From contig CBDBKE010000004.1 of the NCBI GenBank assembly GCA_965206645.1, positions 224,001 to 288,000 on the forward strand: a stretch of DNA of 64,000 bases, in the 5' to 3' direction. Under the pieces are notes generated by a model. It was not told the origin of the DNA. It worked only from the letters and a program-made list of their open reading frames with translations, and ran no database searches. Below are positions 1 to 9,742 of the stretch, piece after piece. Each line of letters opens with the position of its first letter. Within the stretch, counting starts at the first letter, position 1. This DNA is from Terriglobia bacterium. GTDB taxonomy: Bacteria > Acidobacteriota > Terriglobia > JAJPHL01 > JAPKYU01. Position numbers and translations under genes: made by a program.

Positions 1-13
1 GGCCCCGCGACGG

Positions 14-925
14 CTACAAAGGGGGGGCTGCGAATAGGGCCTGTTGAGCGGGCCTCTCCGTCTCGGAAAACGACTCCAGTTCCGGGTAGACTTCAACCAA
101 AGTCGCTGGTGCCTCGACCGGTTTGCCTAGCAGGATGCTGATCAGTTGCAGGGCGTTGGCGGCCGCCTTTCCCTGGTAGTGGTTGTTGGTAATGACGTAA
201 GTGGTCTGCGCGCTGGCGGCCACCTGCTGGATCCGCTTTCGCCACGGCTCCAGTTCCCCCGGTGAGTAGAGGTAATTGTAGCGCTCATGCCGCGACTCGG
301 TTTCGCCGTTGGCGAACCAGGACTGGTAATTGCGCCCGTGAAAGCGGATGTAGCCAATTCGGCCCGCGAGCACGGCGCTGGGGCCCATGCCGTGGGACAG
401 CGTGGGTTGGTCAATATTGCAGAAGCCGGCGCCGTGTTCGTTCAAGAGTTCCAGGAAGGGTCGGGAGAGCCAGTCGCCGTGCCGCATCTCCACCACCATC
501 GGGTAGTCGCGGAGGCGTTCCAGCAGCGCGCCCACATAGGCCCGGTTTTCCGGCGTGTGCTTGAAGGACCAGGGGAATTGAGCCAGCACCGCTCCTAATC
601 GCCCCGACTCCATCAGCACGTCGGCCATGGCCCGGAAGGCTCGCTCCTCTTCGGGGCCGGCATTGCCGTCGTGGGTGAAGGAGCGGTGCAGTTTGGCAGT
701 GAACAGGAACCGCTGGTTGTAAGCCACGCGCAGGGCCCACAGCCGGGCGTGCTCAGGGCGGACGGGCCGATAGAAGGAAGTGTTGATTTCCAGAGTGTCG
801 AAGTACTGGGCCAGGTAGGCCGCCTGGTGGAAGCCGGGATGGCGGAGGCGCGGATAAACAGGGCCCACCCAGTCGGCGTAGGACCAGCCGGCGGTCCCAA
901 CCTTGATCGTGGCCGGCAGCGGCAT
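14..925 (-). CDS. DUF72 (YecE-like) domain protein
   Basis: GTAGWSYxDW, EINTSFY, QFPWSF, YIRFHGRN, YNYLYS and NNH motifs typical of DUF72. Confidence 0.92.
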   Translation of the reverse strand: MPLPATIKVGTAGWSYADWVGPVYPRLRHPGFHQAAYLAQYFDTLEINTSFYRPVRPEHARLWALRVAYNQRFLFTAKLHRSFTHDGNAGPEEERAFRAMADVLMESGRLGAVLAQFPWSFKHTPENRAYVGALLERLRDYPMVVEMRHGDWLSRPFLELLNEHGAGFCNIDQPTLSHGMGPSAVLAGRIGYIRFHGRNYQSWFANGETESRHERYNYLYSPGELEPWRKRIQQVAASAQTTYVITNNHYQGKAAANALQLISILLGKPVEAPATLVEVYPELESFSETERPAQQALFAAPPL

Positions 926-964
926 CGCACCCCAAGCCTACCACAAGCCACAAGCTGCCAGCCC

Positions 965-1870
965 TTAAGCCTCAAACTTCATTTGCTTCAAGCCTTCCTC
1001 CAGCGTCCAGTGCTTCATACGGAAGGTCGTGAGCATCGGGGCGGTATCGCAAGTGGAGCCCTCTCGCATCATCGTCAACTGGTTGCGGGTCACCGGCGGG
1101 AAGGGAAGGAAACTTTCCAGAAACGCCGCGTTGATGTACATCAACCAAAAGGGTAAGTGAATTTTCCTCTTGCGAATGCTGGCTGCGTCGGCCAGTGCGT
1201 CCAGCATCTCCTCAATCGGCATGGCCCGTGGCCCCGCCAGGGCCACTTCGCGTCCTAGCGCCAAGTCGTTGGTGAGCGATTGGACGAAGCAATCCACCAC
1301 GTCCTCGATGTATATGGGCTGAACCGGGTACTGCCCGCTGCCAACAATAGGCCGCAGCGGCGCCTTGCGCATCAGTTCGAGCATGTGGGTGGTGAAGCCG
1401 TCGCCTGGGCCGTAAATCCCTGGCCCGTAAATTATGGAAGGGCGCAGAATGACCCAAGGGATGCCGCACGCCCGGACCGCCTCTTCCCCTTTCCACTTGG
1501 TCTTGTGGTAGGCGGCGACCGCGTTGGGGCGCGTGCCCAGCGCGCTCATGTGAACGAAGCGACGGATGCGGCTGGCTTTCGCCACAGCCACCACCTTGCG
1601 GGTGCCCTCGTGGTGGACGCGCTCGAACGTGGCTCCCTTCGCCTCGGCGATAGTCCCTACGAGGTGGATGACGGCGTCGCAACCTGGCATCACGTCCCGC
1701 AGGGAGGCTGCCTGCAGAATGTCGCCGGGGACATATTCGATGCCGGGCGCACTGGTCCTGGCCTTGCCCATCGAGCGCTCCAGTGCTCGCACTCTGTGGC
1801 CGGCGGCCAGTAGCCCTTTCACCAGGTGGCTCCCGACGAAGCCGGTGGCGCCAGTCAGGAACACGTTCAT
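965..1870 (-). CDS. NAD-dependent epimerase/dehydratase (NDUFA9-like SDR)
   Basis: TGATGFVG Rossmann motif, HMSALG, YHKTK, LRPSIIYG. Confidence 0.88.
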   Translation of the reverse strand: MNVFLTGATGFVGSHLVKGLLAAGHRVRALERSMGKARTSAPGIEYVPGDILQAASLRDVMPGCDAVIHLVGTIAEAKGATFERVHHEGTRKVVAVAKASRIRRFVHMSALGTRPNAVAAYHKTKWKGEEAVRACGIPWVILRPSIIYGPGIYGPGDGFTTHMLELMRKAPLRPIVGSGQYPVQPIYIEDVVDCFVQSLTNDLALGREVALAGPRAMPIEEMLDALADAASIRKRKIHLPFWLMYINAAFLESFLPFPPVTRNQLTMMREGSTCDTAPMLTTFRMKHWTLEEGLKQMKFEA

Positions 1871-1899
1871 CGAGCACCTCGGTTCCGCAACGTGCTACA

Positions 1900-1927
1900 T
1901 TGACACAGGTGCCGATTATGCCACGAT
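1900..1927 (+). promoter_or_regulatory. putative sigma70 promoter for tpiA-secG
   Basis: TTGACA (1900-1905), 16 nt, CACGAT preceded by TG (extended -10). Confidence 0.45.
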
Positions 1928-2029
1928 TCGAGCGGGTGATCCTGATCGCGCTCAACATCTGCGGGATCGCGGAGAATCCGGGTGCAACTGGACTGCGGGA
2001 CCAGTTTTCTTGAGGAGGTGACCCGACTG

Positions 2030-2779
2030 ATGCGCGTTCCCCTGATCGCCGGCAATTGGAAAATGTACAAGACGCTCGCTGAGACCAAGCAGTTTTTCCT
2101 CGAGTTTCTGCCCCTGGTGGCCAATTCCACACATTCCGAGATTGCCATCGCCCCGCCGTTTACCGCTATCGGCACAGCGGTGGAGCTGGCCCGCGGCTCC
2201 CGCGTGGGCATCTCGGGGCAGGACATTTACTGGGAAAAGCAGGGCGCCTTTACTGGGCAGGTCTCCGCACCGATGCTGGCCGAAGCTGGCTGCCGCTTCG
2301 CCATTATTGGGCACTCAGAACGGCGCCAATACTTCGGGGAGACGGATCAGACAGTGAACAAGAAAATTCGTACCGCATTGGAGGCGGAGCTGGAAGCCAT
2401 CCTCTGCATCGGTGAGCTACTGAAGGAACGCGAGGCGGGCCGGACCGAAGCAGTGCTCAAGCAGCAGGGTGAAAAGGGCCTGGATGGTTTGACCGTTGCC
2501 GAACTTGCCCGTATAATTATCGCGTACGAGCCGGTGTGGGCCATCGGCACCGGACGGACGGCAACGCCGGAAATCGCTCAGAAGGCGCACGGGTTCATTC
2601 GTTCCGTCGTAGCAGCCGGTTTTGGCCGGGAGGCGGCAGACCGCCAGCGCATCCTCTACGGCGGCAGCGTCAAGCCGGACAACATCAAGGGCTTGATGGC
2701 CCAGGCCGACATTGATGGGGCGCTGGTAGGAGGTGCGAGTCTGGAGGCAAAGTCGTTTGCGGCAATTGTGAATTTCTAA
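2030..2779 (+). CDS. tpiA: triosephosphate isomerase
   Basis: IAGNWKM, IIGHSERR, AYEPVWAIGTG, LYGGSVK, LVGGASL; RBS GAGGAGG before ATG 2030. Confidence 0.98.
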   Translation: MRVPLIAGNWKMYKTLAETKQFFLEFLPLVANSTHSEIAIAPPFTAIGTAVELARGSRVGISGQDIYWEKQGAFTGQVSAPMLAEAGCRFAIIGHSERRQYFGETDQTVNKKIRTALEAELEAILCIGELLKEREAGRTEAVLKQQGEKGLDGLTVAELARIIIAYEPVWAIGTGRTATPEIAQKAHGFIRSVVAAGFGREAADRQRILYGGSVKPDNIKGLMAQADIDGALVGGASLEAKSFAAIVNF

Positions 2780-2803
2780 AGCGCAGGCCTGGACCGGAAC
2801 ACG

Positions 2804-3157
2804 ATGTATACGTTTCTGATCATCCTTCACGTGCTGGTTTGCCTGGTGCTGATCCTGGCGGTGCTGCTACAAAGCGGGAAGGCGGCCGACTTGGCCGGCG
2901 CCTTCGGCGGCATGGGCAGCCAGACGGCCTTTGGGCCACGCGGCGCTGCCACTCTGCTTTCCAAGGCAACCACCGCCTGTGCCGTCCTCTTCATGCTGAC
3001 TTCCCTGACGCTGACTATCATAGCCACGCAACGGGCCGGCCCAGGCTCAGTGCTGGAAGAGAGCGCGCTGGAAGAAACGACCGAACCGGCCGGCTCGGAA
3101 CAAGCGCCCCAGCTCGCGGCGCCGGTTCAGCCGCAACCGCAACCCCAGCCGCAGTAG
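2804..3157 (+). CDS. secG: preprotein translocase subunit SecG
   Basis: VLLQSGK..DLAGAFGG motif, two TM helices, tpiA-secG-tRNA-Leu synteny. Confidence 0.95.
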   Translation: MYTFLIILHVLVCLVLILAVLLQSGKAADLAGAFGGMGSQTAFGPRGAATLLSKATTACAVLFMLTSLTLTIIATQRAGPGSVLEESALEETTEPAGSEQAPQLAAPVQPQPQPQPQ

Positions 3158-3242
3158 TCCGGCAACGCCTGCGCCGTTAGAGTAACGCCAGAGTCCTCTC
3201 CCAACCGTGCAAGGAGGGTTTTCGCTGCTCGACTGAGGTTTC

Positions 3243-3251
3243 TGGTATAAT
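3243..3251 (+). promoter_or_regulatory. extended -10 promoter of tRNA-Leu
   Basis: TGGTATAAT about 20 nt upstream of the tRNA start. Confidence 0.55.
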
Positions 3252-3270
3252 CGGGCCAAGTCCTTCAAGT

Positions 3271-3357
3271 GCGGAGGTGGCGGAACTGGCAGACGCACCA
3301 GCTTGAGGGGCTGGCGAGGGCAACCTCGTGGGGGTTCAAATCCCCCTCTCCGCACCA
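3271..3357 (+). tRNA. tRNA-Leu(GAG)
   Basis: GCGGAGG/TCTCCGC acceptor stem, anticodon arm CCAGC-TTGAGGG-GCTGG, long variable arm, GTTCAAATCC T-loop, encoded CCA, 87 nt. Confidence 0.97.
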
Positions 3358-3469
3358 GCTTTCCCCTTTTGGGCCCAATTGGTCTGCTAGCACTCCAGCT
3401 CGTAACTCGAATAGGAACAGCACTCAAACAAAGGAGGAGCCCGCGGCAGAATCTACACAACGCGAATGG

Positions 3470-3733
3470 GTGAACGTAGGTGGCCATGTCAAGCAGCTTG
3501 ATGCAGAGTCTTGGGAGACCTACTGGAAGGAAATGCGTTCTAGTGAAGCGCTGGAGTTCATCAGAGATGCGAAGAGTGTCCTGTACAAGGCGAATCTCAT
3601 CGGCAAAGATTTTCGAATCGAGACCAAAATCGTTAATGCAGATGTTGTTGCTGGACCCATTGCATGCTGGACGCCCTTGGTGTTTCCCGAAGAGAAGTTG
3701 GCTCTGGCTACGATCTATCGACACCACCACTGA
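3470..3733 (+). CDS. small protein, candidate RiPP precursor / NHLP-leader-like
   Basis: 87 aa from GTG 3470 (strong AGGAGG at 3432-3437 would fit a start at 3443, now GCG); FIRDAKSVLYKANL...IETKIVN resembles the NHLP leader core; followed by a stem-loop. Confidence 0.55.
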   Translation: MNVGGHVKQLDAESWETYWKEMRSSEALEFIRDAKSVLYKANLIGKDFRIETKIVNADVVAGPIACWTPLVFPEEKLALATIYRHHH

Positions 3734-3765
3734 CGGTGGCGACGCCACGCGGCTGACGTTCCCCT

Positions 3766-3790
3766 CGCGCTCTCGCATGCCGAGGGCGCG
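3766..3790 (+). terminator. GC-rich stem-loop between small ORF and methyltransferase
   Basis: CGCGCTCTCG-CATGC-CGAGGGCGCG, 10-bp stem with one G-U pair, no U-tract. Confidence 0.45.
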
Positions 3791-3830
3791 CCAGTGGCCG
3801 GCGGCGCTGACTATGATGGAGTACGTCTGA

Positions 3831-4739
3831 ATGAGGGAGTGTGTCTCTGTCGCTCTGGATGTTGGAGCCAAGCTAATACTGTCCAGAGACACCCGTTGTA
3901 GGCGAAATGACGGCAACTGGGTTGTTCACTTCCGCGCCAACGCGCCGGCGAACATCGGCCTTGAGTTAAGCGACCAAGCCTTTCTGGCGCTTGTTTCGTT
4001 CGCCTCCGGTGCTGAACCTGCCGAGTACGACGACGAGGGGGACAGCCAGGTCTATCGAGAAGTTCTGAAACGGTTTGTCGACGCAGGCATTCTCCTCCCA
4101 ACAAGCTACAAGCTCGACGGCGAACGGGTCTCGCTGCCAATCTCTGAGATTCTGAGAGCTCGCGCCGCCATCGAGGTGGACCGTCTCTGGCTCCTTGAGC
4201 TCGAAGCGCTCCTGCTCTACCTGATGGCGCGTGAGAATCCGTTCACCGAGCCAGTATGCGAGCTAGGCAGTATGTTTGGGGGCTCGACCGTGATGCTGGC
4301 CTTGGGATGCCAGGCGAGTCGTCACGACAATCTCGTACTCGCAGTCGACGATCATGAGTGGCATCGGCACAGGGCGGGGGAAAACCTACCGGAATCAGTT
4401 GTCAGCGCTCTCCCCACAACGCTGCCCGACTTCGAGCGGACCATCCGAAAAGCGGGCGTCGCTGACAGCATCAAAGCGATCGTAGAGGATACCGTCACGG
4501 CGGCACGTGCGTATGATGGCAGGCTAAGTCTATTGTTCGTGGATTCGACGCATTCTTTGGAAGGGATCACACAAGATTTTGATGCTTGGTTCCCCAAGCT
4601 TGTCCCGGGCGGCATTGTGGCCTTTCACGACTATGGCAACAGCCGATGGCCAGACATAAAGGCAGCAGTCGATCAATTCCGGCCGAAGTTCTCAGAGTTC
4701 ACGTGCTACCAGACCTTGGCCATAGCCCGGAAGGGCTAG
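3831..4739 (+). CDS. class I SAM methyltransferase (Methyltransf_24-like) with N-terminal RRE/wHTH-like domain
   Basis: ELGSMFGGST SAM motif, LFVDSTH, LVPGGIVAFHDY; N-terminal ~90 aa with strands then helices ending VLKRFVDAGILL. Confidence 0.82.
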   Translation: MRECVSVALDVGAKLILSRDTRCRRNDGNWVVHFRANAPANIGLELSDQAFLALVSFASGAEPAEYDDEGDSQVYREVLKRFVDAGILLPTSYKLDGERVSLPISEILRARAAIEVDRLWLLELEALLLYLMARENPFTEPVCELGSMFGGSTVMLALGCQASRHDNLVLAVDDHEWHRHRAGENLPESVVSALPTTLPDFERTIRKAGVADSIKAIVEDTVTAARAYDGRLSLLFVDSTHSLEGITQDFDAWFPKLVPGGIVAFHDYGNSRWPDIKAAVDQFRPKFSEFTCYQTLAIARKG

Positions 4740-5106
4740 CCTGCCTGACCCTGGGCCGGTAGGATTGCGCTGAGAATGGGCTCTTAAAGGTGTTTTTCGC
4801 TGCGGGTAGCGTTATAGCTGCACCAGTTTAGCACCTGCATTTCCAATGGATTACAGCCTCTTTTTCTGGCTGTAGCAAAATATAGCAGTTTTGTGGACTG
4901 ACCGCATGAGGCTCAGAATCCGTTCCTGCCGATGTACAATCCACTTGACGTGAATGTTGTCTGGCCACCCGCGCATTGATTCCCAAGGTGTCGGCTACAT
5001 CGGCAAACGTGCCGCCCGTGTTCAAATCATCGCAGGCGAGGGTTGTCGGCAGCGATGTACAAGGCTGGGCAGAGGGAGCGAACGCAGAATAGTTAGGCTG
5101 CCCTAA

Positions 5107-5595
5107 GAAGATCTGGAAAAGGCGTTCCAGGCCGCAGGCTGGACTGAAGCGGCCGCACTAGGAGTCCGAACCGGCCTCAAGACTTTCGTGGCGACCATGC
5201 GGAACAGTGGCTACCACAAGGCCCCCTTTTCTCTCCTGTTTCTGGATGGGGATAAGCCCGTCTATGAATACCAGAAGGGCCTCAACACATTCGCCAAACG
5301 GCATCACCTTCGGGCATTCAAGCGACACCGAAAATACAAGGGGCAGCAAGTCTGGGTCGCCTCTGCCACTCACGACACCGGGATTAGGGTTCGACGGAAA
5401 GGGACGGATTGGTATCACATCATCGACCCCCGAATCGACCGCGAGCGAACCAAGATTGCCAACGACCTTCTATTTACGCGAATTGCCACCGCTCATGCGC
5501 TGGTGGACCGACCGCAGGCGCCGCGGGAAACCACAAACGGCACCGGGGATAAAATCCTCACCGACGGCAAGATGCAGGTTTTGTTCTTCGACTGA
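5107..5595 (+). pseudogene. LssY C-terminal domain protein, 5'-truncated
   Basis: AFQAAGW, QKGLNTFAKRHHLR, WVASATHDTG, HIIDPRIDRER motifs; in-frame TAA at 5104 and no N-terminus. Confidence 0.7.
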
Positions 5596-5897
5596 CTCCT
5601 ACAGGCCCAGAATTCCCTGTTGTCCATGGTAGAAGAGCCCGGCCAGCGCGCCCGTCATGAGTGTGGCCAGAGTAGAACCCGCCAGCGCCCGAAACGCCAG
5701 AGCAGCGAGATCGTTCCTGCGAGAAGGAACCAGAGCGGCAATGCCTCCGACAAAGATCCCCATGGAAGCGACGTGGGCAAAACCGCACAGCGCGTACGAG
5801 AGGACTAGCAGCGCTCTGGGAGAGAGGGCCTTTGCGGCGCCCATTTCTCCCAACTGCTGGTAGGCTACTGACCTGCCGGCTTTCTTCGGACCACCGA

Positions 5898-6830
5898 TTA
5901 CTGGAGAACAGCGCCAGTCGGCATGGTTAAGTCGCTCTCGTGTTCTTCTTGGTCAGCGTGAGCCGGCATCGCCGGCGAGCGCCCACCGTCATCCGAGCCA
6001 GCACGGAGCTGCGCTTTGAACTCGGCTGGCGTCAGATAGCCAAGGCTCGAGTGCGGTCGCACGTCGTTGTAGTGCCGTCGCCATTGCTCGATCCCCACCT
6101 TCGCGTCCACGCGGTTCCGAAACCACTGCAGGCTCAGATACTCGTCGCGGAACTTCCCGTTGAACGATTCGTCGGTCGCATTCTGCCACGGCTTGCCCGG
6201 CTCGATGAGCGCGGTTTCGATCTGCGCCTGGAGCAGCCACCGGAAAATCGCACCCGCGACAAACTCGGGGCCGTTGTCGGACCGGAGGTAACGTGGGGCT
6301 CCGTGGACGCTCACGAGCTGCGTGAGCACCTCGATAACGCGCCCGGACCGAATGCCGCCGGCCACGTCGATCGCGAGTGACTCGCGGGTCCATTCGTCGA
6401 CGACGGTGAGGCACTTGAGCGTCTGCCCATTCGCGCAGGTGTCGAACACGAAGTCGTACGCCCAGACGTGATTGACCGCAGTGGCGGGCACCGGGCGGGG
6501 CCGGCTCAGGGCGACCCGGCGCCGCGGCCGCCGCCGAGGCACCTGCAACCCCGCCTGGCGCCAGAGGCGATGGGTCCGGTCCGTGCTCATCGTGTGCCCT
6601 TCGCGTTTTAGGAAAATCCGAATCCGGCGATAGCCGTACCGCGGATACTGCGCCGCCAGACGACGCATCGCGGCCAGCGCCGGGGCATCCCGGTCGACCA
6701 GCCGCGACTGGTAGCCCAGCGTGGACCGTGCGACGGAGAGCAAGGCGCACGCGCGGCGACCCGACAGACCGCGTGCACGTGCATACGCGACCTGCGGCCG
6801 GCGCACGCGTGCGCCTACCATTTTTTTCGG
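5898..6830 (-). CDS. IS3 transposase OrfB (DDE), expressed by -1 frameshift
   Basis: [44 protein letters not shown]. Confidence 0.93.
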   Translation of the reverse strand, partial: PKKMVGARVRRPQVAYARARGLSGRRACALLSVARSTLGYQSRLVDRDAPALAAMRRLAAQYPRYGYRRIRIFLKREGHTMSTDRTHRLWRQAGLQVPRRRPRRRVALSRPRPVPATAVNHVWAYDFVFDTCANGQTLKCLTVVDEWTRESLAIDVAGGIRSGRVIEVLTQLVSVHGAPRYLRSDNGPEFVAGAIFRWLLQAQIETALIEPGKPWQNATDESFNGKFRDEYLSLQWFRNRVDAKVGIEQWRRHYNDVRPHSSLGYLTPAEFKAQLRAGSDDGGRSPAMPAHADQEEHESDLTMPTGAVLQ

Positions 6831-7078
6831 GTGATCTCCTTGAGCACGTCGATCTCCAGATCTCGATCGGCCACCATCTTTTTCAGCCGGCCGTTCTCCT
6901 GCTCGAGCTGCCGCAGCCGCTTCACATCGGCGGGCTCCAACGTGCCGAAGTGTTTCCGCCAGGCGTAGAGCGTCTGGGCGCTGACGCCGTTCTTTTTGGC
7001 CACCTCCGGAACGGGCCGCTGATCGGCCTCGCGGAGGATCGTCACCATCTGCTCTTCGGTAAACCGGGTCTTCTTCAT
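6815..7078 (-). CDS. IS3 transposase OrfA (HTH)
   Basis: MKKTRFTEEQMVTILREA...LEQENGRLKK; A7 slippery run at 6821-6827. Confidence 0.93.
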   Translation of the reverse strand: MKKTRFTEEQMVTILREADQRPVPEVAKKNGVSAQTLYAWRKHFGTLEPADVKRLRQLEQENGRLKKMVADRDLEIDVLKEITRKKW

Positions 7079-8224
7079 GGCTCCCTCGTTTCTCCGAGGG
7101 CGCCATTCTCTCAGGCTTCAGCTGGTCCGGAAATCGCCAGGCAGGTCACTACCACCTCGGTGAGGACGATGCGCTTGCCGAGAAGCTGGGCTGCCCCAGG
7201 GAGGTCGCTGCTTTCCAAACCCAGCAGCCAGGCGAGTGGGGTGAACAGCCAGCCAAGGATTCGCTCGAGATTCAGCGGCTCGCCAAACCAAACGCTCAAA
7301 GGTGCTGTTGCATTTTCCAACGCCAGGTCTACGATCCCGACCATGCCCAAGACGGCAATGAGCAGGGTGGAGATGCCTGCCGCCAGCTTTAGACCGTCCC
7401 AGGAACCGGCGCTCAGCGCGGCCATGGTGTTGCCGTGGAGCTGGGACTCTGCGATTGGGGGCAGAGCGCTTGAGGTCTCCGGTTTGCCGGTCTCGGGAAG
7501 GATCAGTTTAGAGACCAGCGCTGCTGCTGGTATGGAGAGAAACGAGGCTGAGATGAGATGCCCGGCGATCTGAGGAAACGTGTCCTTGAGGAAGAAGACG
7601 TAAAGAGCTAGCGTCGTGGAGGCAACCGTAGACATGGCGCAGGTCAGCAGCGTTAGCAGTTCTGAGCGGGTCATCCCTTCCAGATAGGGCCGGACCGTAG
7701 TGGCTGATTCGACCCCCACGAAGATATTCGAAGCCCCGGCCACTGCCTCGGCCCCCGACAGCTGCAGTGTCTTCTTGAACAATCGCGCGGATAGGCGGAT
7801 CAGCGGCTGAATCAGTCCGAGGTGGTAGCAGGCGGCCATCAGAGCGGCGAAGAAAATCACGGCTGGCAACACCTGCGCCGCCAGGACAAACCCCACGGAA
7901 GGCTCTCCGGCCGAGGTGGTCTCACCCGGATTGAGCACCAGCGGTCCGAAAAGAAACTCAGCTCCTACACGACTCGCTCCCAATAAGGCGACCACCAGGT
8001 CATTTACCCCGAGTAGGAGATGACGGGTCTGCGGTACCAGGAAGACCACTGCCCCCAAAGCCAGCATCAACAGACCTGAGCCGAAAATCGTCCGCCAAGG
8101 CACAGGTCTCCGGAAGCCCCCCACTGCCCAACCCAGACTGCCAAACCCAAGCAGTCCCAAGAAAGAGATCAAGTTCAGCACACTCATGACCCTATTAACG
8201 CATACTGTCTCCGTCGGCGTTAGT

Positions 8225-8325
8225 GTGGGCTGGATGGGACTGGCCGTGGGGAAGTCGGTTGACCTCGTTTGGCCCGTCACGTAGGCATTGCCGGAGGCAT
8301 CTACAGAGATGGAGAAACCAAAGGT
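8225..8325 (-). pseudogene. orphan SBBP beta-propeller repeat fragment
   Basis: GFSISVDASGNAYVTGQTRSTDFPT matches the SBBP repeat consensus; single isolated copy. Confidence 0.6.
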
Positions 8326-8768
8326 CAAGGCGGACTATTCGAAGTGACAAAATCCACATTGGGAGCAACTTGGGAGCAAAACCAGCTGTTCTTCTCTCAA
8401 ACACGCCCCGCCACTGCCGCTCCGGCTCTTCGGTCCGCGACCGACCGCGCTGGCGTTCGCCGTCCTCTCGCTCATAGTTTTGCCGCCGCCGCTGCTTCTG
8501 GGAATCTTCATTCTCATCATCTGGCACTACCACAAGAAAACCCTATCCACGCCTGCATGAACTTCCGGAGTAACCGAGGCCACAGCACCTCGCGGCGCTC
8601 TTCGCGCCTTGGGTGCTACCGCGATACCGCCTTGTCACCAGGAATGCCAGATAGATTGCTCCTAACCCCCCCTGCGGGCGGGGCGTAGCATGAACCCCAA
8701 GGACCTGTCCGAACCGCATCTTCTTGGGGGTTGCAACAGTCCCACATGCCGCTCAATATGGAAATTTT

Positions 8769-9289
8769 TCAACCGGCAGGCACACACATAAATAAATCCC
8801 TACGAGGGCCATCCCGCCACGGGCCTGTCTGTCGGAGCTCGGCGGCAATTTGCTCAGCTCTCTGAGCAAGCTGCTCCTTTGTCCACCCCGAGAAGTCGTA
8901 CCTAGGATCCGCCGCATTCACGTTGATTCCCACGGGAACCCGAGTCGCATCGTTCAACTCACCCAAGAGCCGGGCCTCTAGTTCAAGGAGCTTTTCCGCC
9001 CGCCCGATGGCCTGTAGAGCTACCGAGTGATTACCTGAAGCACGCGCTTCTTCCAGGATCGCCTTAGCTTCAACTGCACGGCCCTTCAGCCGGTCGAACA
9101 GCGAATGTCATCGGCGGCCTGCTTCGCCTTCGCCAGGGTCGCCGGGATGTCGGTCTGCTTGTGCCGAAAGAGCGTCGTGGACGATGTTGCGTACCGTTTC
9201 GCTATGCTCCGCAACGGCTCACCGGCCACGACCGCCTGGTCAATTTCGGCCCTCTGAGAGTGCGTGCAAACGGTACAGGTTCGAGGCAT
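8769..9289 (-). pseudogene. phage-type HTH / small terminase-like protein, frameshifted
   Basis: MPRTCTVCTH...RSIAKRY...LFRHK, then a frame change near 9105 continuing LFDRLK..ILEEAR..ALQAIGRAEKLLELEARLLGEL. Confidence 0.55.
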
Positions 9290-9486
9290 ATTACTTATTC
9301 TAACATCTGCCGGGTATAGTCCTGGACTCCCCTGGGGAATGAGGGGAATGCATCGGTGTGTACAGGAGCCGATTTCAGCGCGGCGATTGTGGCGGCAAGG
9401 ACCCGTGTACCCTGGATACCGCTCTTGGCTCTTTTCTCTCCGTGTGCTCCAATGTATAAACAATAACTTGAGTATTTTGCGGGAGG

Positions 9487-9513
9487 CGTGGGGGTTCAAA
9501 TCCCCCTCTCCGC
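9487..9513 (+). repeat. att site: duplicated tRNA-Leu 3' end
   Basis: identical to 3327-3353. Confidence 0.85.
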
Positions 9514-9529
9514 CCCCCTTTTCTGCTCA

Positions 9530-9700
9530 ATTGATTACGGCTCGGTCCGCCGTTGATGATGATTTCAACCTCCTGCGTACCCGATGGCACACCCACTGGC
9601 ACCTGTACGTTCACCTGGTAGAACCCCACGAATGCTGGGACCGGGCCGGAAAAGGCCACCTGGGCAGGTATACTGGCATTGTTCACCAACGGTGTGCTGA
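9530..9700 (-). pseudogene. TIGR03437-type C-terminal domain fragment
   Basis: PAQVAFSGPVPAFVGFYQVNVQVP motif without the rest of the protein. Confidence 0.6.
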
Positions 9701-9742
9701 TCGTCTCTGCCAGTGGTGGAGTGCTGGAGGAATCAAGAGATT

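Larger units (their letters stand above)
5869..7148 (-). mobile_element. IS3-family insertion sequence (IS407-like), 1280 bp
   Basis: TG...CA ends, imperfect ~27-bp inverted repeats (TGACCTGCC..CGGACCA), 4-bp target duplication CTAC at 5865-5868 and 7149-7152. Confidence 0.95.
5599..8187 (-). pseudogene. NupC/CNT nucleoside transporter interrupted by IS3
   Basis: N-part 7149-8187 (VLPAVIFF, NIFVG, LTEVV) and C-part 5599-5868 ([14 protein letters not shown]) rejoin in frame when the IS and one target duplication are removed. Confidence 0.9.
3327..9513. mobile_element. tRNA-Leu-integrated genomic island (about 6.2 kb, no integrase seen)
   Basis: 27-bp direct repeat CGTGGGGGTTCAAATCCCCCTCTCCGC at 3327-3353 (tRNA 3' end) and 9487-9513; lower-GC cargo, pseudogenes and an IS inside. 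Confidence 0.8.

Noticed and set aside
3731-3733. Sec readthrough of the small island ORF
   Set aside because: Downstream in-frame sequence is not protein-like and runs into the methyltransferase gene in another frame
3047-3916. 289-aa minus-strand ORF across the tRNA
   Set aside because: Antisense to secG, tRNA-Leu and the small ORF; no recognisable motifs
6831-7106. 402-aa single-ORF transposase
   Set aside because: The N-terminal part overlaps OrfA in another frame; the real product is the OrfAB frameshift fusion
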